Positions 39,964 to 53,553 are shown, numbered from the whole stretch's first letter. The stretch: DNA of 62,454 nt, filler included, from Collodictyon triciliatum (GCA_043381765.1; 5 parts of 5 records of this genome joined end to end with filler, not necessarily neighbours in it), one strand, 5' to 3'. The notes: generated by a model from the sequence alone, not told the origin. Made by a program: numbers and translations.

Positions 39964-41694
39964 CCTTGCTCCCCTTGCTAATGTAAATTAAAGATTTCTG
40001 TTTTTAATTTATTGTCTTCTGATCATTTCTTCGAAACACTTCAGTACATTATCGCCTTGATAAGGGATGGGTATTACAAAGAGGCTCGAAAACAAATCAC
40101 CTCTCTTCTTGTCTCTGTACGCTATGGGTCTGATGCTACAAAGCAGGAATATTTGAAGATTCTTCGACTAAGTAATTTTCGATTATAAACGTTGAATATG
40201 CTATAAAAACTGAAAATTTTGAGGCACATTCATGTGTTCCTATGAACTGTTAAATACATCTTTGCATTTTAAAAAATAAAATAAAATAAAATAAAATGTC
40301 TCTGATCACTATCTCATCAGATATTATTGTTTGTTTTGTTTGTGTCTTGAAATGATTATAGGTGCAGCTTTTCTTGGTAAAGATATGAACCACGCGTTTT
40401 CCACCTTGCGATACATTTGTATGGCACATCCCCATCGCCGCTGTGTGTGGAACTTTTTCTGCCGCCTGTTGATCGAGTAACTTTTCCACTGTTCAAATAC
40501 ATGTGCTCATTTTACATACGTTTTCATCATTTTAAAAACACATGTTAAAAAAAACATCAACGCAAATGATTAATCGTGATTCCTCTCAAATATGCACAGC
40601 GTTCCTGCCAGAATGCCAATACAAAAATTCCTTGTGAGATTAGTTGGGCGCTTGACTCAGACACCGACACAGCCAAGGACTCAAACGCAATCGCAGTTGC
40701 AGTTGCAATCACAGTTGGAGTCACAGCCACAACTGCAGCCTTCGATTGCAAGCGCCCTGATTTGCACCGCGCACTATTTCTTTATGGCTGGTTCTTTTCG
40801 CCAGGCCATCGAGAAATACCAGGTTGCAAAGTCGCTCGTTCCTGATTTCGAGGCTCTCGACCTGTATATGGGTGCGTGCTATCTCTCCATGGTGGGCCAA
40901 AAGTACACCGCAGACCGCCATTACACAGTGCTGCAGTCGGTGTCGCACTTGGACGAGTACTGCAGGAAAAGAACGAACCGATGCGAGGCTGCCTACAATA
41001 TGGCCAGGTCTGGTTCGGGGTGAAGAGAAAGATATGTGTTGCTTCGGTGCAGATGTCTGATAAGGAGAGGAAAAAATATTGATATTATGTATGCAAGTGC
41101 ACCGGATGCATTTCATTCAGTCATTGGTTTTGCTTCTGAAAATGGGAAAGTTCTCACTGTTGCTTCTTGTCTCTTTTTCTTTCTTTTTCTTTCTTTTTTT
41201 CTTTCTCTCTTTATGTATGTATGTATGTATGTATGTATGTATGTATGTATGTATGTATGTATGTATGTATGTATGTATGTATGTATGTATGTATGTATGT
41301 ATGTATGTATGTGTGTACGTATACCTCGCAATGCAGGGCCTATCAAGAGATTGGATTGTCGTTCTTTGCCGTCCGCCACTATATGATTGCGCTGCAGTGG
41401 GTCGAGGAGGGCGCAAGCGGACAGGGTCTTTCTTTCACAAAGCTTCCTCTTACTTATGCATTCTTTTCATACGGGATAGTTCTTTTCCCTCCTGCTTTTT
41501 CTTAATTTTTTTTCTTCTGGTACAACGAAGCAGAGGCCGAGGAAGGCGAGACCGAGAGCGCGGTGCTTAAAGAGAAAAAGTCACAGCGGCTCCTGATTCA
41601 GCGCCTTTCTGCTCACAACCTCTCTCTCATCCTGCGCCAAAGCGGCTCGCACGAACTTGCACGGGAAATCCTGGACCGCTACTTTGTGATATAA
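34875..41694 (+). CDS. GTF3C3: RNA polymerase III transcription factor TFIIIC TPR subunit (Tfc4/TFIIIC102), multi-exon
   Basis: LEPHLAGMLGEANMLF...|AIVLLSEVIRQAPQSSDAYHTLGLIYENIG...YLIAAALTPRDLSLW; C-terminus DRHYTVLQSVSHLDEY...EAAYNMAR|AYQEIGL..FAVRHY..AL...HNLSLILRQSGSHELAREILDRYFVI* matches the GTF3C3 pattern. Confidence 0.93.
37961..38330. repeat. (TTTTTG)n intronic microsatellite spanning a gap
   Basis: Directly visible. Confidence 0.95.
41212..41311. repeat. (GTAT)n intronic microsatellite
   Basis: Directly visible. Confidence 0.95.
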
Positions 41695-42175
41695 GGACGA
41701 GCCGCTGGCTTGGCTTTCCGATTTCGACGGCAGATTACAGGGCGAAGCCTTAAGCCCATATTTTTTTTTGTTCTCATTTGTTGCAGTCGGCGTCCATCTA
41801 CTTTTCTTTTAAAATAAATATTATGACGAATGAATATCTCCTCCGGCCATTCAAACTCCGTCTTGTGTGTTGCCTCTCAAGGACAAAGTTACTTGATGCA
41901 TTTTTTTGGATTTTTTTTTTATTAGTACATGAATCAGTCATGTTTGGAAAAAAGTCTTTGGGTTTGGATGTGAGCGAGGCTGAGTTACCCTTCTTCTCTT
42001 TGCAAAAATCACGATTATAATAGGTTTCTTTCTTCCTTTTCTTTTTTTTCAAAGATAATTTGCCATAGTTTGAGGTGCTCATATTTGGATACCAGCTTCA
42101 TTTAAAAAAAAGAAAAAAAGAAGATATGGAGATATCCTTCGACTGTATATCATTCAATAAGGGAGCACAAAAAGC

Positions 42176-45000
42176 TTATTTCCATTCGTCCTTAACTTGC
42201 TTGGCAATCCCTTCGAAGGTCAAAACCTGGTTTCGTGTGTTTTTGCGTGGTTCTCGTGCGAGCGACAAGTCATAGTAGACGCCCTCCGAATTACCAGCAG
42301 GCATTCTAAGGTATTTTTTTTTTTTAAAAAAAAAGAGAAAATAATAATAAAAAATGCACTACCAGACACATCCTGATGAATAGCATAATAGAAGAAAGAA
42401 TCATGAATCCAGACTGATTGTCTTACATGAGGAGCGGGAATATAACGGGGTGCATCTTGAAGTCGTATGGCGTGCTTTGGTAACCGAGAATCTCTCTGTC
42501 GTCAAGAGGCAGCGAAGAGATTCAGTCAGAGAGCCGGAACGCAGAAGCGATTCTTTATGAAATACCTCGTTGAGTTGTGACTTACTGGATGATGTCAAAG
42601 ACAAGCTGTCGCTTCTTGAAGTTGATGAGCCCTTCGACCATGTCGGGATTCCCGTCCTCGACGAAAGTCAGGTCAGTAAGGTGCACACCTGCATCACCCG
42701 AGCGATTTAGTAAAGTATGCGTTTGGATGACACACTTCATACGCTATTTCTTTCAAAAGAACACAAAAGGAACACAAAAAGAACACAAAAAGAACATAAA
42801 AGAGAACGTAAAAAACAAAAACAAAAACAAGAACATAAACAAGAACATAAACAAAAACAAAAACAAAAACAAAAACAAAAACAAAAACAAAAACAAAAAC
42901 AAAAACAAAAACAAAAACAAACAAAAAACAAACAAATACAAAAAAAGGAAATTGAATATTGTTTGTTTACCTCTGAACATTTTTTTGGGCATAATTTGTG
43001 TGGGCAACATTAATAATGAATAATATGAAGTTAATTTTCATAGATTGTGATGTAGCTAAATAATCCGGTGATAACACTAGAAAGGGTGTAAAATGTACAG
43101 AAAGCAACAAAATCTAATTGGGTATGATTTGAATGGTATTTGTGTTGGGCTGCGGCAAGATTCCGTACAAGTAGGGAATGCATGGTTGTCGGGCAGTGGA
43201 CAACGCCTGGCGGTATTTCTTGAATGACATTTGGTTACTCATCAAGTCTTGCAAATCCTTCCAGGTCTATGGAGGTCAGGTGCGGTTAATTCCACCACAA
43301 AAAGTTAGAGGGACTGATATCTCCATAGTAGGGCAGCCATGCGATTCCAAATGCACACCACACCTGATCGGTTTTCGTCGGGAGTTCTTCGAATGAGACA
43401 CGCAGCCGGTGGATTGACGATTGGCTCAAGCCCGAGAGAATGGCCATTACACAGTTGAAGTTATTATACTTTCTCAGAATCTGAATTGTGATGAATTATT
43501 AAATGGGAATAATCGTATTTTCAAAAAAAAAATCTTCAAAATGATGTTAGGATGTTTGGTGAGGTTGACGCTCGACTGAGTCAATATAATACATCAGCTA
43601 TCTGGATGATTCGGGCAATGGCTTTGACACGATCTTTGAGTTGTTCTGCAATATGAAAAACGGTTAGGGAGAATATAGCAGAGAATACATCAACCACAAG
43701 AAAGACCAGACCTTGCCAAAGAATTGAACCAACAATCCAGGCGGAGATGGCGTTGAATCTAGTAATCATATACAACAGACATGGAGAATTGTAGCGCAGA
43801 TTCTTCTTGTTCCATGATTGATTTAGCAGCTCATTGCACTTGTTTATAGCACCAAGAAATAATTGGGCTGATGAGTTTGACTTTGACGCAGTTTACTTAA
43901 TAGGGAAAGTAGTTTCAAAAACATGGACTTTGTTTCGTAGTTTTACCTTAATCTTTGAGAAGATGTGAAAATCAACCAACGTTAATTGCTGGGCTACAAT
44001 CTCTGGATCTTGGTCAAGCACCAATCGAGCAAGCGAAATATTTTTTGGGACCTTTATAATATATTTCGAAGGGTCGTGAGCACCAACCCGACAAAAGAAT
44101 CAAAACACACTTCTATAATATGAACGTGATTACACAAATCGATCCAAACTCAAAAGAGGGCTATCTGAAATTCAATTTACCTCAAACGAGAGTGGGCTCG
44201 AAATAACTATATTTTTATTTGCCTTCAACTATTTCAGATCAAGTAGTTAATGATCATAGCATGGTGTTTTATTATGATTTTTATATGGAAAATAAAATAA
44301 AAATAGGAGATTAGCAAAAGGATGACGAAGAACATACCAAGAAGCATGAAATCAGAAGCAATTATTCGCTATCGAAAGAAATATGCGATACCTTCTGAAC
44401 ACTGAGCGACAGCTTTGTAGTTGTGGAGCTCGATGTAGTGTTGACTGATTTCATATCTTCCACAAACTGCTCAATCCTATTGACCACAGAGTCGTCTAAA
44501 TCGTCTCCCTGCAAATCCAGCCAATCAAGGAGTAAGTCTTCCACTTGTAATGAAGTTGGGGAAGTTTGGTTTATATTTGAATATAATCATATAGTCCGAC
44601 GAGTTCGTATAATCAAGCCTATACGTGGGTATCCATGAAACGCGTTACGGCGTTGCACACTCGAAGTTGTATCAACAACTGATGCTCTGGAGTTTTGCTA
44701 CTGCCACTATACCTGTATTCCGATGAAAAGAAACTTATCAAAAGACTTTTTTTTTTTTTACAATTTTTTGAATGGATAAGATAGCTGAATTATTCTACAT
44801 AAAAATGAATAAAATTCAAAAAAAAAAATAGTATCAACCTCTCGAACAGGTGGTCAAGTAATTCGTGGGGTGTTGTAAACGACCGGTAAGTCATCAAAAA
44901 AGCGCGCATGTACATAAGATCTGTGAGGTTCACCAGTATAGATTGTTATTCATAGATATCTTGACATATTCGATAATTCCAGAGAAAACGAGGGCAGGCA

Positions 45001-45052
<52 letters not shown>

Positions 45053-48000
45053 TACGTATGGAACGATAGAGACCTTGGTTTTCGATTGGACTGAGTTTTT
45101 CAACCAATTTGATGAGGGTCGCAGCCTTTACTTTTGACGACGGATTTCCAGTTTCACTGAAGTGATTCAACCGTTTGATGTGTCAGCATTTTACCTGAGC
45201 ATGAAAATGGACGGAGGAGTCTGATATATGTTCTAGTTTTATCTGGTTTAATGTATACGTGAAGATAATGGATGGTTTGGACTCATCACAGTCTTGATTT
45301 TCGAGTTGCTTGGATTGGCGAGCTTAATTGCATGTCCATCAAATTAAAAATGGGAATGTGTGGAGCATTGCAAACTTGTTCAAAAATATGCGTGTATAAT
45401 TCTTTCCTAACACAATAAGGTTTGGTTCAGACCTGTCTTTTCAGCCCCTTCTGTTCCTTTTTTCAGAGTTGCCTCCCTTTGGGCATAGCCATATTGGATT
45501 GTTTCAATTAAATCTGCCATACTCAAAATCAGAGCTCGGGCTGCTGCCGCGACATTGTAGAATAAAGACCTTTCCCTAGATTTTACAAACGAAGAAAAAT
45601 GGTTGGTCTTCAACGGACTAACAAAAAAAAAACTATTAAATAAAGTAGACGGATTTGGTGAGCAAATTTTATGATATTTTTAATAGTGACGACAGTAATT
45701 ATAAAGACTCACTTTTGCAAGTCAGAAACTAGTGACTTGCAAAATGAAGCAAAGCTAACCACGTTGTAGTGGAAGACTCGAAGTTTAAATGCAAATATCC
45801 ATCGAAGAGAGTAAGTCGACATTACATGCGCATGACAGCTGTATGGTTTTTTTTTNNNNNNNNNNNNNNNNNNNNNNNNNNNNNNNNNNNNNNNNNNNNN
45901 NNNNNNNNNNNNNNNNNNNNNNNNNNNNNNNNNNNNNNNNNNNNNNNNNNNNNNNNNNNNNNNNNNNNNNNNNNNNNNNNNNNNNNNNNNNNNNNNNNNN
46001 NNNNNNNNNNNNNNNNNNNNNNNNNNNNNNNNNNNNNNNNNNNNNNNNNNNNNNNNNNNNNNNNNNNNNNNNNNNNNNNNNNNNNNNNNNNNNNNNNNNN
46101 NNNNNNNNNNNNNNNNNNNNNNNNNNNNNNNNNNNNNNNNNNNNNNNNNNNNNNNNNNNNNNNNNNNNNNNNNNNNNNNNNNNNNNNNNNNNNNNNNNNN
46201 NNNNNNNNNNNNNNNNNNNNNNNNNNNNNNNNNNNNNNNNNNNNNNNNNNNNNNNNNNNNNNNNNNNNNNNNNNNNNNNNNNNNNNNNNNNNNNNNNNNN
46301 NNNNNNNNNNNNNNNNNNNNNNNNNNNNNNNNNNNNAAAAGAAAAGGACTACCTTATCCTTTGACGATAAAAATTCGGTAAAATCATTTAGGACTTGTGT
46401 ACATCGCTCGGTGGTAAGGGAACAGCATTTGGCTGTGTACTGGTGGACTGAAATCAGTGTTGAAGCAGCCCAGATACGAGGAATCAATGAACTTATATTA
46501 TTTCTACAAGAAGATGAAAAGAGCATGTCAAATGATTTGGATGGATTTCTTTCCAGGACAAATATTGGTAAAAAGGGGAGACTTGGCAATCGGAGAAAGG
46601 AAGATGAGATGGAACAAACTTGGAAGCCACGAATTTCTTAGATGAGGTCATATCAGAACCCTGAACTTTTGCAGCTTGGAGAAGTTGGAGCTGTTGTTCC
46701 CTATTTCAAAGGAAGAAGGAAGAAGGAAGAAGAAAGAAGAAAGAAGAAAGAAGAAAGAAGAAAGAAGAAAGAAGAAAGAAGAAAGAAGAAAGAAGAAAGA
46801 AGAAAGAAGAAAGAAGAAAGAAGAAAGAAGAAATGCATGAACACATTTAAAGCTCCTTCTAAAAAAAAAAATAAATAATGTCTTCATTGATAATGAATGG
46901 TAAATTTAATAAATTGTGAAAAACAAACCCCAGTTCTTTTGCCAAGTCAATCATGTGTTGTCGATAAGAGTAGCGAGTGCTTGTCCCTGCTCGTTGATGG
47001 ATAATATCGAGGAAATTTGCAATCACGCGCGACATGGTTGGCCAGGTGGTTTCGAATAGTTTTATATCAGACAGAGTCTCGCATTCCTTACGGTTAGATT
47101 GAAATGTTGAAGGGAGTGTAAGTTGACAAATTCTCAGGTTCAAAATGGGAGGAAATCAAATATAAAAACTAAAGTGCTCTTTTCTTCTATTTTTTTTTTT
47201 GATTTCATTGGGATAATGATTCCTTTTTGAGGAAAAGAAAAGGTAGACAATACTTCGATGATTTTTTCTCCCAGAGTTTGCAGTGCATCGATTGGTTTTT
47301 CCTTATTTGAGAGACGATTAGATTCTGCCAATTCAGAGTCATCTGAGCCAACCAGAACGAGTCTTTGGATAGACTGTCTAAAGGATTTGCCTGCTGTCAT
47401 TAACTATGAAGAAAAGTTAGATAGAACAATTTTTTTAAGTTAGAGCCAATATAAATGATAAAAAAATAAAATGAAAAAGACAGAGGAAAAAAGGGAAGGA
47501 AAGTACCCATTTGCCAAATATTTAAAATCATTGTTGATATATAATTTATGATAATTGTATTTTTTTATTATTATTAAGGAATGAGAGCAAAAAAAGAATT
47601 GCCAATATAATATGGAACCTGATGGCGATAAATGGCATCTTGAGGATTGGATTGGACATAATTTGCACACAAAAAAAGGTAATCGTTTCCATCTTTGACA
47701 GACTCTATGTATGCTTCAAGTTGAAACTTTAACGCCTAAACACAAAACAAAGCATATCAATCAGAAAAGTTGCTTTACTCCACACTGACATGTTTGACCC
47801 ACATGAATAACATATAAATCCAACATATTTCATTAAGAAAAAGAAAAAGAAAAAGAAAAAGAAAAAGAAAAAGGAGACTTTATAAGTTATTGTATATTTT
47901 CATTTGATAATTCCATAATTATGTTTCCTAGAATATAGAGATATCCAGAACCTCATCAGGACAATTCCCATGGGCAACTTGGGCATATTTTACAATACTC

Positions 48001-49296
48001 CTGCAATACTTTGTGAGAGAAGCAGCAGACGAAACAATCGTGATTCCGTTGCTACCACTTGTTGCCGCAGAGAACAGCTTTGTGGGACAAGATTATAATG
48101 GAGGTGGAGTAAGAGTGGTAGTTTTTTTTTTCTTCATAAGACTTTGCCGAGTACCATTTTCACACAAAAAGAAAAAAAAAAGGAACCTGTGCGATGGCAT
48201 TGGGGATCATCTTCCACGAGTTTATCAGATCCTGCTGCAGCTCATCACTCTCCAGCTGGCTGTAGACAACGCCCTTCATGCACAAGTGAGCAATTGGGTC
48301 GTCGACTTTATCCTTTGAGGCCACCATAGCCGCGTCGCTGGTCTGGGAGAGACTCAAGGCCGGGTCGGTCCCCGAATTCGGCGAAGGCGCGGCGGGCGGG
48401 GCAGGAATGCGGTCGGCCATGAGGGCCGCGGCAGCCGGGGTGTTTGGGGGCGACGACGGGAGCGGCGGCAGATGCAGCGGGATGCGGGGGATGGCGGCGG
48501 GGGCAAAGACGGTGCTGCGGAAGCTTCGGCGAGCGGGGCGGAATTCGGGCCGCGGGGTCTCTGCCGCGGGCGACGCGGAGGATTCGCGCCTGTCATCCTG
48601 CTGGGCCGCCTCCTTCTCCTTCTCCTTCTCCTTCTCCTTCTCCTTTTCTTTCTCCTTTTCTTTCTCCTTTTCTTTCTCCTGCTGCTCCTGGAGGGCCTGC
48701 CGCTCGCGCACCTTGCGCAGGATGTGGGACTGGTTCATCTCGCGCATGATGTCCTGGTGGCTCTGCAGCTGCGGCGCAGAGACCGGCACGCGCTCGTTGG
48801 CCAGCCGCTCGTGCACGCTGGGGCTGCGTGTGGCACGGCTGATTTGGATGGTGGACGCACCAGTCGCTGCTTTTGCTGTTGCTGGTGGAGGCGGCGGGGG
48901 CGGCGGGGGCGGAGGAGGCGGCGGCGAGGCGGACAGCAGCGACGCGTGGGGCGAAGAGAAGGCGGCCGGGGTGTCGGTGTCGCCCGGCACGGAGGGCAGC
49001 GGGCGCCGGGCGAGGGAGGCTCGGTCGATGGCGACGGGCGACGAGGCCAGGGCGGTGGTGCTGCGGTGGGGCCCCCCGGGCGGCGTTGAGGTTGGTGTTG
49101 AGCCCGACGTCGTCCCGAACCAGCCGCGCAGCCCGCCGGATTTGCTGCCGGTCGTGGAGTCTCCGGGTTGTGGTTGTGGCTGTGGCTGTGGCTGTGTGGT
49201 GTCGCTGTGGCTGTGGCTGTGGCTGTGGCTGGCGAGGCTGACCGTGGCTCGCTGCGCGAAGAACCGCTTCAGGCTGCTCGGGTCTGACGAGGTCAT
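42176..49296 (-). CDS. Ras guanine-nucleotide exchange factor (REM + CDC25) with long Pro-rich and helical N-terminus, multi-exon
   Basis: REM: VKAATLIKLVEKL...FLMTYRSFTTPHELL...QLRVCN. CDC25: DPEIVAQQLTLVD..IF..I...ELLNQSWNK...MITRFNAISAWI...NNFNCVMAILSGLSQSSIHRL...PCIPYL|GVHLTDLTFVEDGNPDMVEGLINFKKR...YDLSLAREPR. Stop TAA 42176-42178. Confidence 0.95.
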
Positions 49297-49535
49297 GCGG
49301 CTGCGTGTGCGTGTGTGTGTGTGTTAGTGTTTCTTCTGGGAGAATAGGTTCATAATTTGGTGCGTTTTGTTACAGGGAGGAAAAGGACAAGAAAATAAAA
49401 ATAAAGGGATGGGGAGGTGATCTGCAAGATTTGCAAGGTCTGATTCGTAGTCTGGCTTTGGATTTGGGTGGCAGAGAGAAGGGGAAGAGGAAGAAGAAGA
49501 AGAAAAAAATGGATCTGATTTGATTCGTCTGCGCT

Positions 49536-49645
49536 TTTGTTTGTTTGTTTGTTTGTTTGTTTGTTTGTTTGTTTGTTTGTTTGTTTGTTTGTTTGTTTGT
49601 TTGTTTGTTTGTTTGTTTGTTTGTTTGTTTGTTTGTTTGTTTGTG
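49536..49645. repeat. (GTTT)n microsatellite upstream of the RasGEF
   Basis: Directly visible. Confidence 0.95.
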
Positions 49646-49840
49646 TTGTTTGTGTTGTTTGTTTGCATGCTTATTTGTGTGTGGAGGTGTGAATACTTGG
49701 GGCTGGCTTGGAAGGAGCTGCTTGATGGCAGGCTGGGGTTTCACCCTGCCACTGCCCTTTTCCCACCTCATTTTTGTTTTTTGTTTTAATTTTCCTTGTT
49801 CCTTTTTTTTTCTTTTTCCTTGTCTTTCTTTCTTTCTCAG

Positions 49841-52800
49841 GATTTTGGGTTGGCTTTGGTTGGCGGATCCAATTGTTGGAGAATGAAAGGCAGGATGGGC
49901 AGAAGATTCGGTAGATTTTGCATCGATGTGGAATAACTGTTGTGGAATTTATTTTGCTCTGGTGAACAGCATTTTTTTTGATATTTCGTCGGGTTCATTG
50001 AAGGCGATCGTGCAAGTCGGGCGATGCGGCCTGCTTTGTATTACTTTCTATTCTCCCTTTCAGCTTCGACAAAGGCATCAACCGTGTTCTCTGCTGTGTG
50101 AGTATATTTGTGTCGCTTGTGTGCTTGATCTTCTTGAAGCAGATGTGAAGAGAAACCTGTGCGCTGCGCTACTTGCTGGCAACGAGAATACCGTTGTTTT
50201 CAGCAAGAACGCAGCGAGTTGTCTGGATCACGCATTCTTTTTTTTTTTTTTTAATGTCTCGTTCTTTGACGTGATACTGTGCGAGAGGAATCGGCGCTTA
50301 ATCCCAGACCGCATACGATATATCTGGCAGTTGAGTCGAAAACCGACGGCGCCTACCTTTGGGGCACGAAGCAAAAAATCGCGGAGGTGCATAGAAATAA
50401 TGTTTCCCATCGTTCTTTTTCTCTCTTCTTTTTCTCTCTTTTTTGTTTTCCTTCTTTCCTTCTTTTTCTTTTCTTCTTTTGTTCTTTTCCTTCTTTTCCT
50501 TCTTTGCCTTATTTTCCTTCTTTTTTGTGTTTTTTTGTGTTTTTTTGTGTTTTTTTGTGTTTTTTGTGTTTTTTGTGTTTTTGTGTTTTTTTGTGTTTTT
50601 TGTGTTTTTTTTGTGTTTTTTTGTGTTTTTTGTTGTTTTTTGTGTTTTTTGTGTTTTTTGTGTTTTTTGTGTTTTTTGTGTTTTTTGTGTTTTTTGTGTT
50701 TTTTGTGTTTTTTGTGTTTTTTGTGTTTTTTGTGTTTGTGTTATTTGTGTTTTTTCTTTTTCTTCTTTTCTTCTTTCTTTTTTGTTTNNNNNNNNNNNNN
50801 NNNNNNNNNNNNNNNNNNNNNNNNNNNNNNNNNNNNNNNNNNNNNNNNNNNNNNNNNNNNNNNNNNNNNNNNNNNNNNNNNNNNNNNNNNNNNNNNNNNN
50901 NNNNNNNNNNNNNNNNNNNNNNNNNNNNNNNNNNNNNNNNNNNNNNNNNNNNNNNNNNNNNNNNNNNNNNNNNNNNNNNNNNNNNNNNNNNNNNNNNNNN
51001 NNNNNNNNNNNNNNNNNNNNNNNNNNNNNNNNNNNNNNNNNNNNNNNNNNNNNNNNNNNNNNNNNNNNNNNNNNNNNNNNNNNNNNNNNNNNNNNNNNNN
51101 NNNNNNNNNNNNNNNNNNNNNNNNNNNNNNNNNNNNNNNNNNNNNNNNNNNNNNNNNNNNNNNNNNNNNNNNNNNNACTTTCAAACTCTGCTCTACTTTT
51201 CACCAGAGAAAAGAGCATAATTCATCCTGAAAAATCACAGCAGTAAACCACTCATTTTGGCTCTTGCTCCTTTCACAACATGAAACAGATCGCTAAACTC
51301 AGAGATGAGAATCAAGTTCTTGCCAACGCGATTCAACAGCGCGACCAAAAAATCCGTGAGCTTGGTGATCGCCTACAGCAAAAAGGTAAGAATGAAGTCA
51401 GCATCCAAAAAAAAAGAAAAAGAAAAAGAACAAGTAAATATAAGAAGTTCATATTCTACAGCTAATCTAATCACCTATTTCTTAATTCAACATTCACATA
51501 CATGTATCCATGCTTCAATAGATTCGAGGGGAAAGTTTTTGCAAAGTTAGATATTAAAATTTCTGGAATAGTCATAGTACCTAAAACTATTTCTTGTCAT
51601 GATTAGATGATGAACTCCAAGAGTTACTTTCACAAGCTGCTCGGAAGCGATCACTTCCACCAATGCCCGTATGCTCAACTACTCCCTTATGCAACTTATC
51701 CCTTCATTTATTTCTTTTTTAATATGCTTGCTGTCTAAAAAAAAATGAAAAAAATATCAGCTTATCTGCTAATTTAATACGCAGTAGTAAACATTGATTT
51801 ATTTTCCACTTTTTTATTTTATTTTTCCTTCGCTTTTGCTGATTCGGTTGACAAGCCCGTTCGTCCGGAGCCCGAGTTTGTGGATGAGGACGACCGACTG
51901 GCACAGTTGCGAATGCTTCAAAAACGCCTGGAGATTGCACAGGAGGAAGTTGGATCAAAAGAAATCATTCTTCGAATGCTCCGAGTATAACGTCTCCTTC
52001 TTCTTCCCCCACCCACCCCCCTAAAGCCGTGATGTGTTATTATTATATCTCAATATCAAGATAATAATAGAAACAATCGATTATTTTTCTTGAAATCACT
52101 TATCTAGTTTGTCATTCTTTGTTTGTTTTTTAGTGGAAAAGAGTTGATGAATCTATGACGCATTCTCATCCTCATTATGATTGCTTTCTATGAAGGAATC
52201 AATTGCAAAGACAGGCATTGAGTACGACACGATCGACCTTCAAATTCACGAAATTGACACTCGCTTGCAATCCTATGGTTCTATTTTATAGCACGCTTTT
52301 CCAAGGCACAATTAAAACAATATTATCTATGTAAAAATAGTAATGTGGTTTAACTATATCATGTATTAATGCCTCACTATTGTAATGTTAGCGCATTAAT
52401 ATATGTCCTTCATTTAACATGTCGCTTCTATTTGGGTGTAAAATAGGCCGCATAACTGATTCAGAGACTAGTGCAAGACTTGAAAAGATAAAACGCCTGG
52501 ATGAAAAAGTAGCTTTCAAAACATTTGTAAATGAACACAAAAATGTAAACTTACGAATGAGCACAATTCCGAAGCTTTTCATATAAATCTGCTCCTCGTA
52601 AACCTGCACGCACGAATAAAGAATAGAGAGAAAAAAATAATACCAAAATAAACTTTATTCAATATGGTGCTCTCTTTAGCTGGAAAAAGTGGAGCAATAT
52701 CTGGAACAGTTCATCGGGTCCATCGACCAATCTCGTGGCCCACTTCGTCAAGCTTCGTACAGACCGCAGCGCAGTGAGTACGGAAATGGTTTGTAATGAA

Positions 52801-53457
52801 CACATCTGTATTAAACCCTCCTTTCGTTTTTTTTCTTTTTCTTTTATCTGTTTCCTCTGATATGTCCTCTTTATTCACCACTTTATTGGCGTCTATACAG
52901 CCACTTTCTTTCTTTTTCAACCCAAGAACCACATCCAGAAATACATACATAACATGACATATCACCCAAATCATCTCGTATATGAATTTGGTTGTCTCTG
53001 TCGACACACAATTCTATTTGCCTGTTTGAAATCGAGAACAAGCAGAAGAAGAAAAAAAAGACATGTCTCACCGTCCCCAACCCGATTTGCAAAGTGCATT
53101 CCACTGGAGCATTCACGGCCTTTCTTTCATCGCAGCTCCACCGGCTCCTCGTGGATATGTACCAAACCCGTACGCACAACAGGTGCCGACCCACTCGCAG
53201 CAAACCTGGCAGACAAGCTACACATACACAAACTAGTGGTTTCACAGATTTCCGACTTGGAGCTCTTGTCTTTGTGCCGTCTCCTTTCACGCGAGGGAAA
53301 ACACACGATATCAGATATTCTTTTCTTTTCTTTTTCTTTCATTTTTCATCACCTATTTCTCATTTACTTCGTTTTCCCCTCCATTTTCTTATTCTACTCT
53401 CTTTCTCATCACACGATTCAATCTTCTCGACGCTCTGCTCGGCCATCTCCATTATAA
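49841..53457 (+). CDS. Hypothetical coiled-coil protein, multi-exon; both ends uncertain
   Basis: Phase-compatible exons 51289-52774: IAKLRDENQVLANAIQQRDQKIRELGDRLQQK|DDELQELL...|...LRMLQKRLEIAQEE...|ESIAKTGIEY...|LEKVEQYLEQF. Upstream exons are ambiguous and cross a gap. Confidence 0.6.
50520..50735. repeat. (TTTTTTGTG)n-type microsatellite
   Basis: Directly visible. Confidence 0.9.
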
Positions 53458-53553
53458 CTCATTAAATCAAAATCAGACTTTGATGAATCATGTAACACTG
53501 AAATATATACTAGACATCAAGCTTATATCAAATTCTCTTCTTTCCTTCTTTTT

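Noticed and set aside
48407..49327. Long plus-strand ORFs of 306 and 205 aa
   Set aside because: Antisense shadows of the GC-rich RasGEF exon 1.
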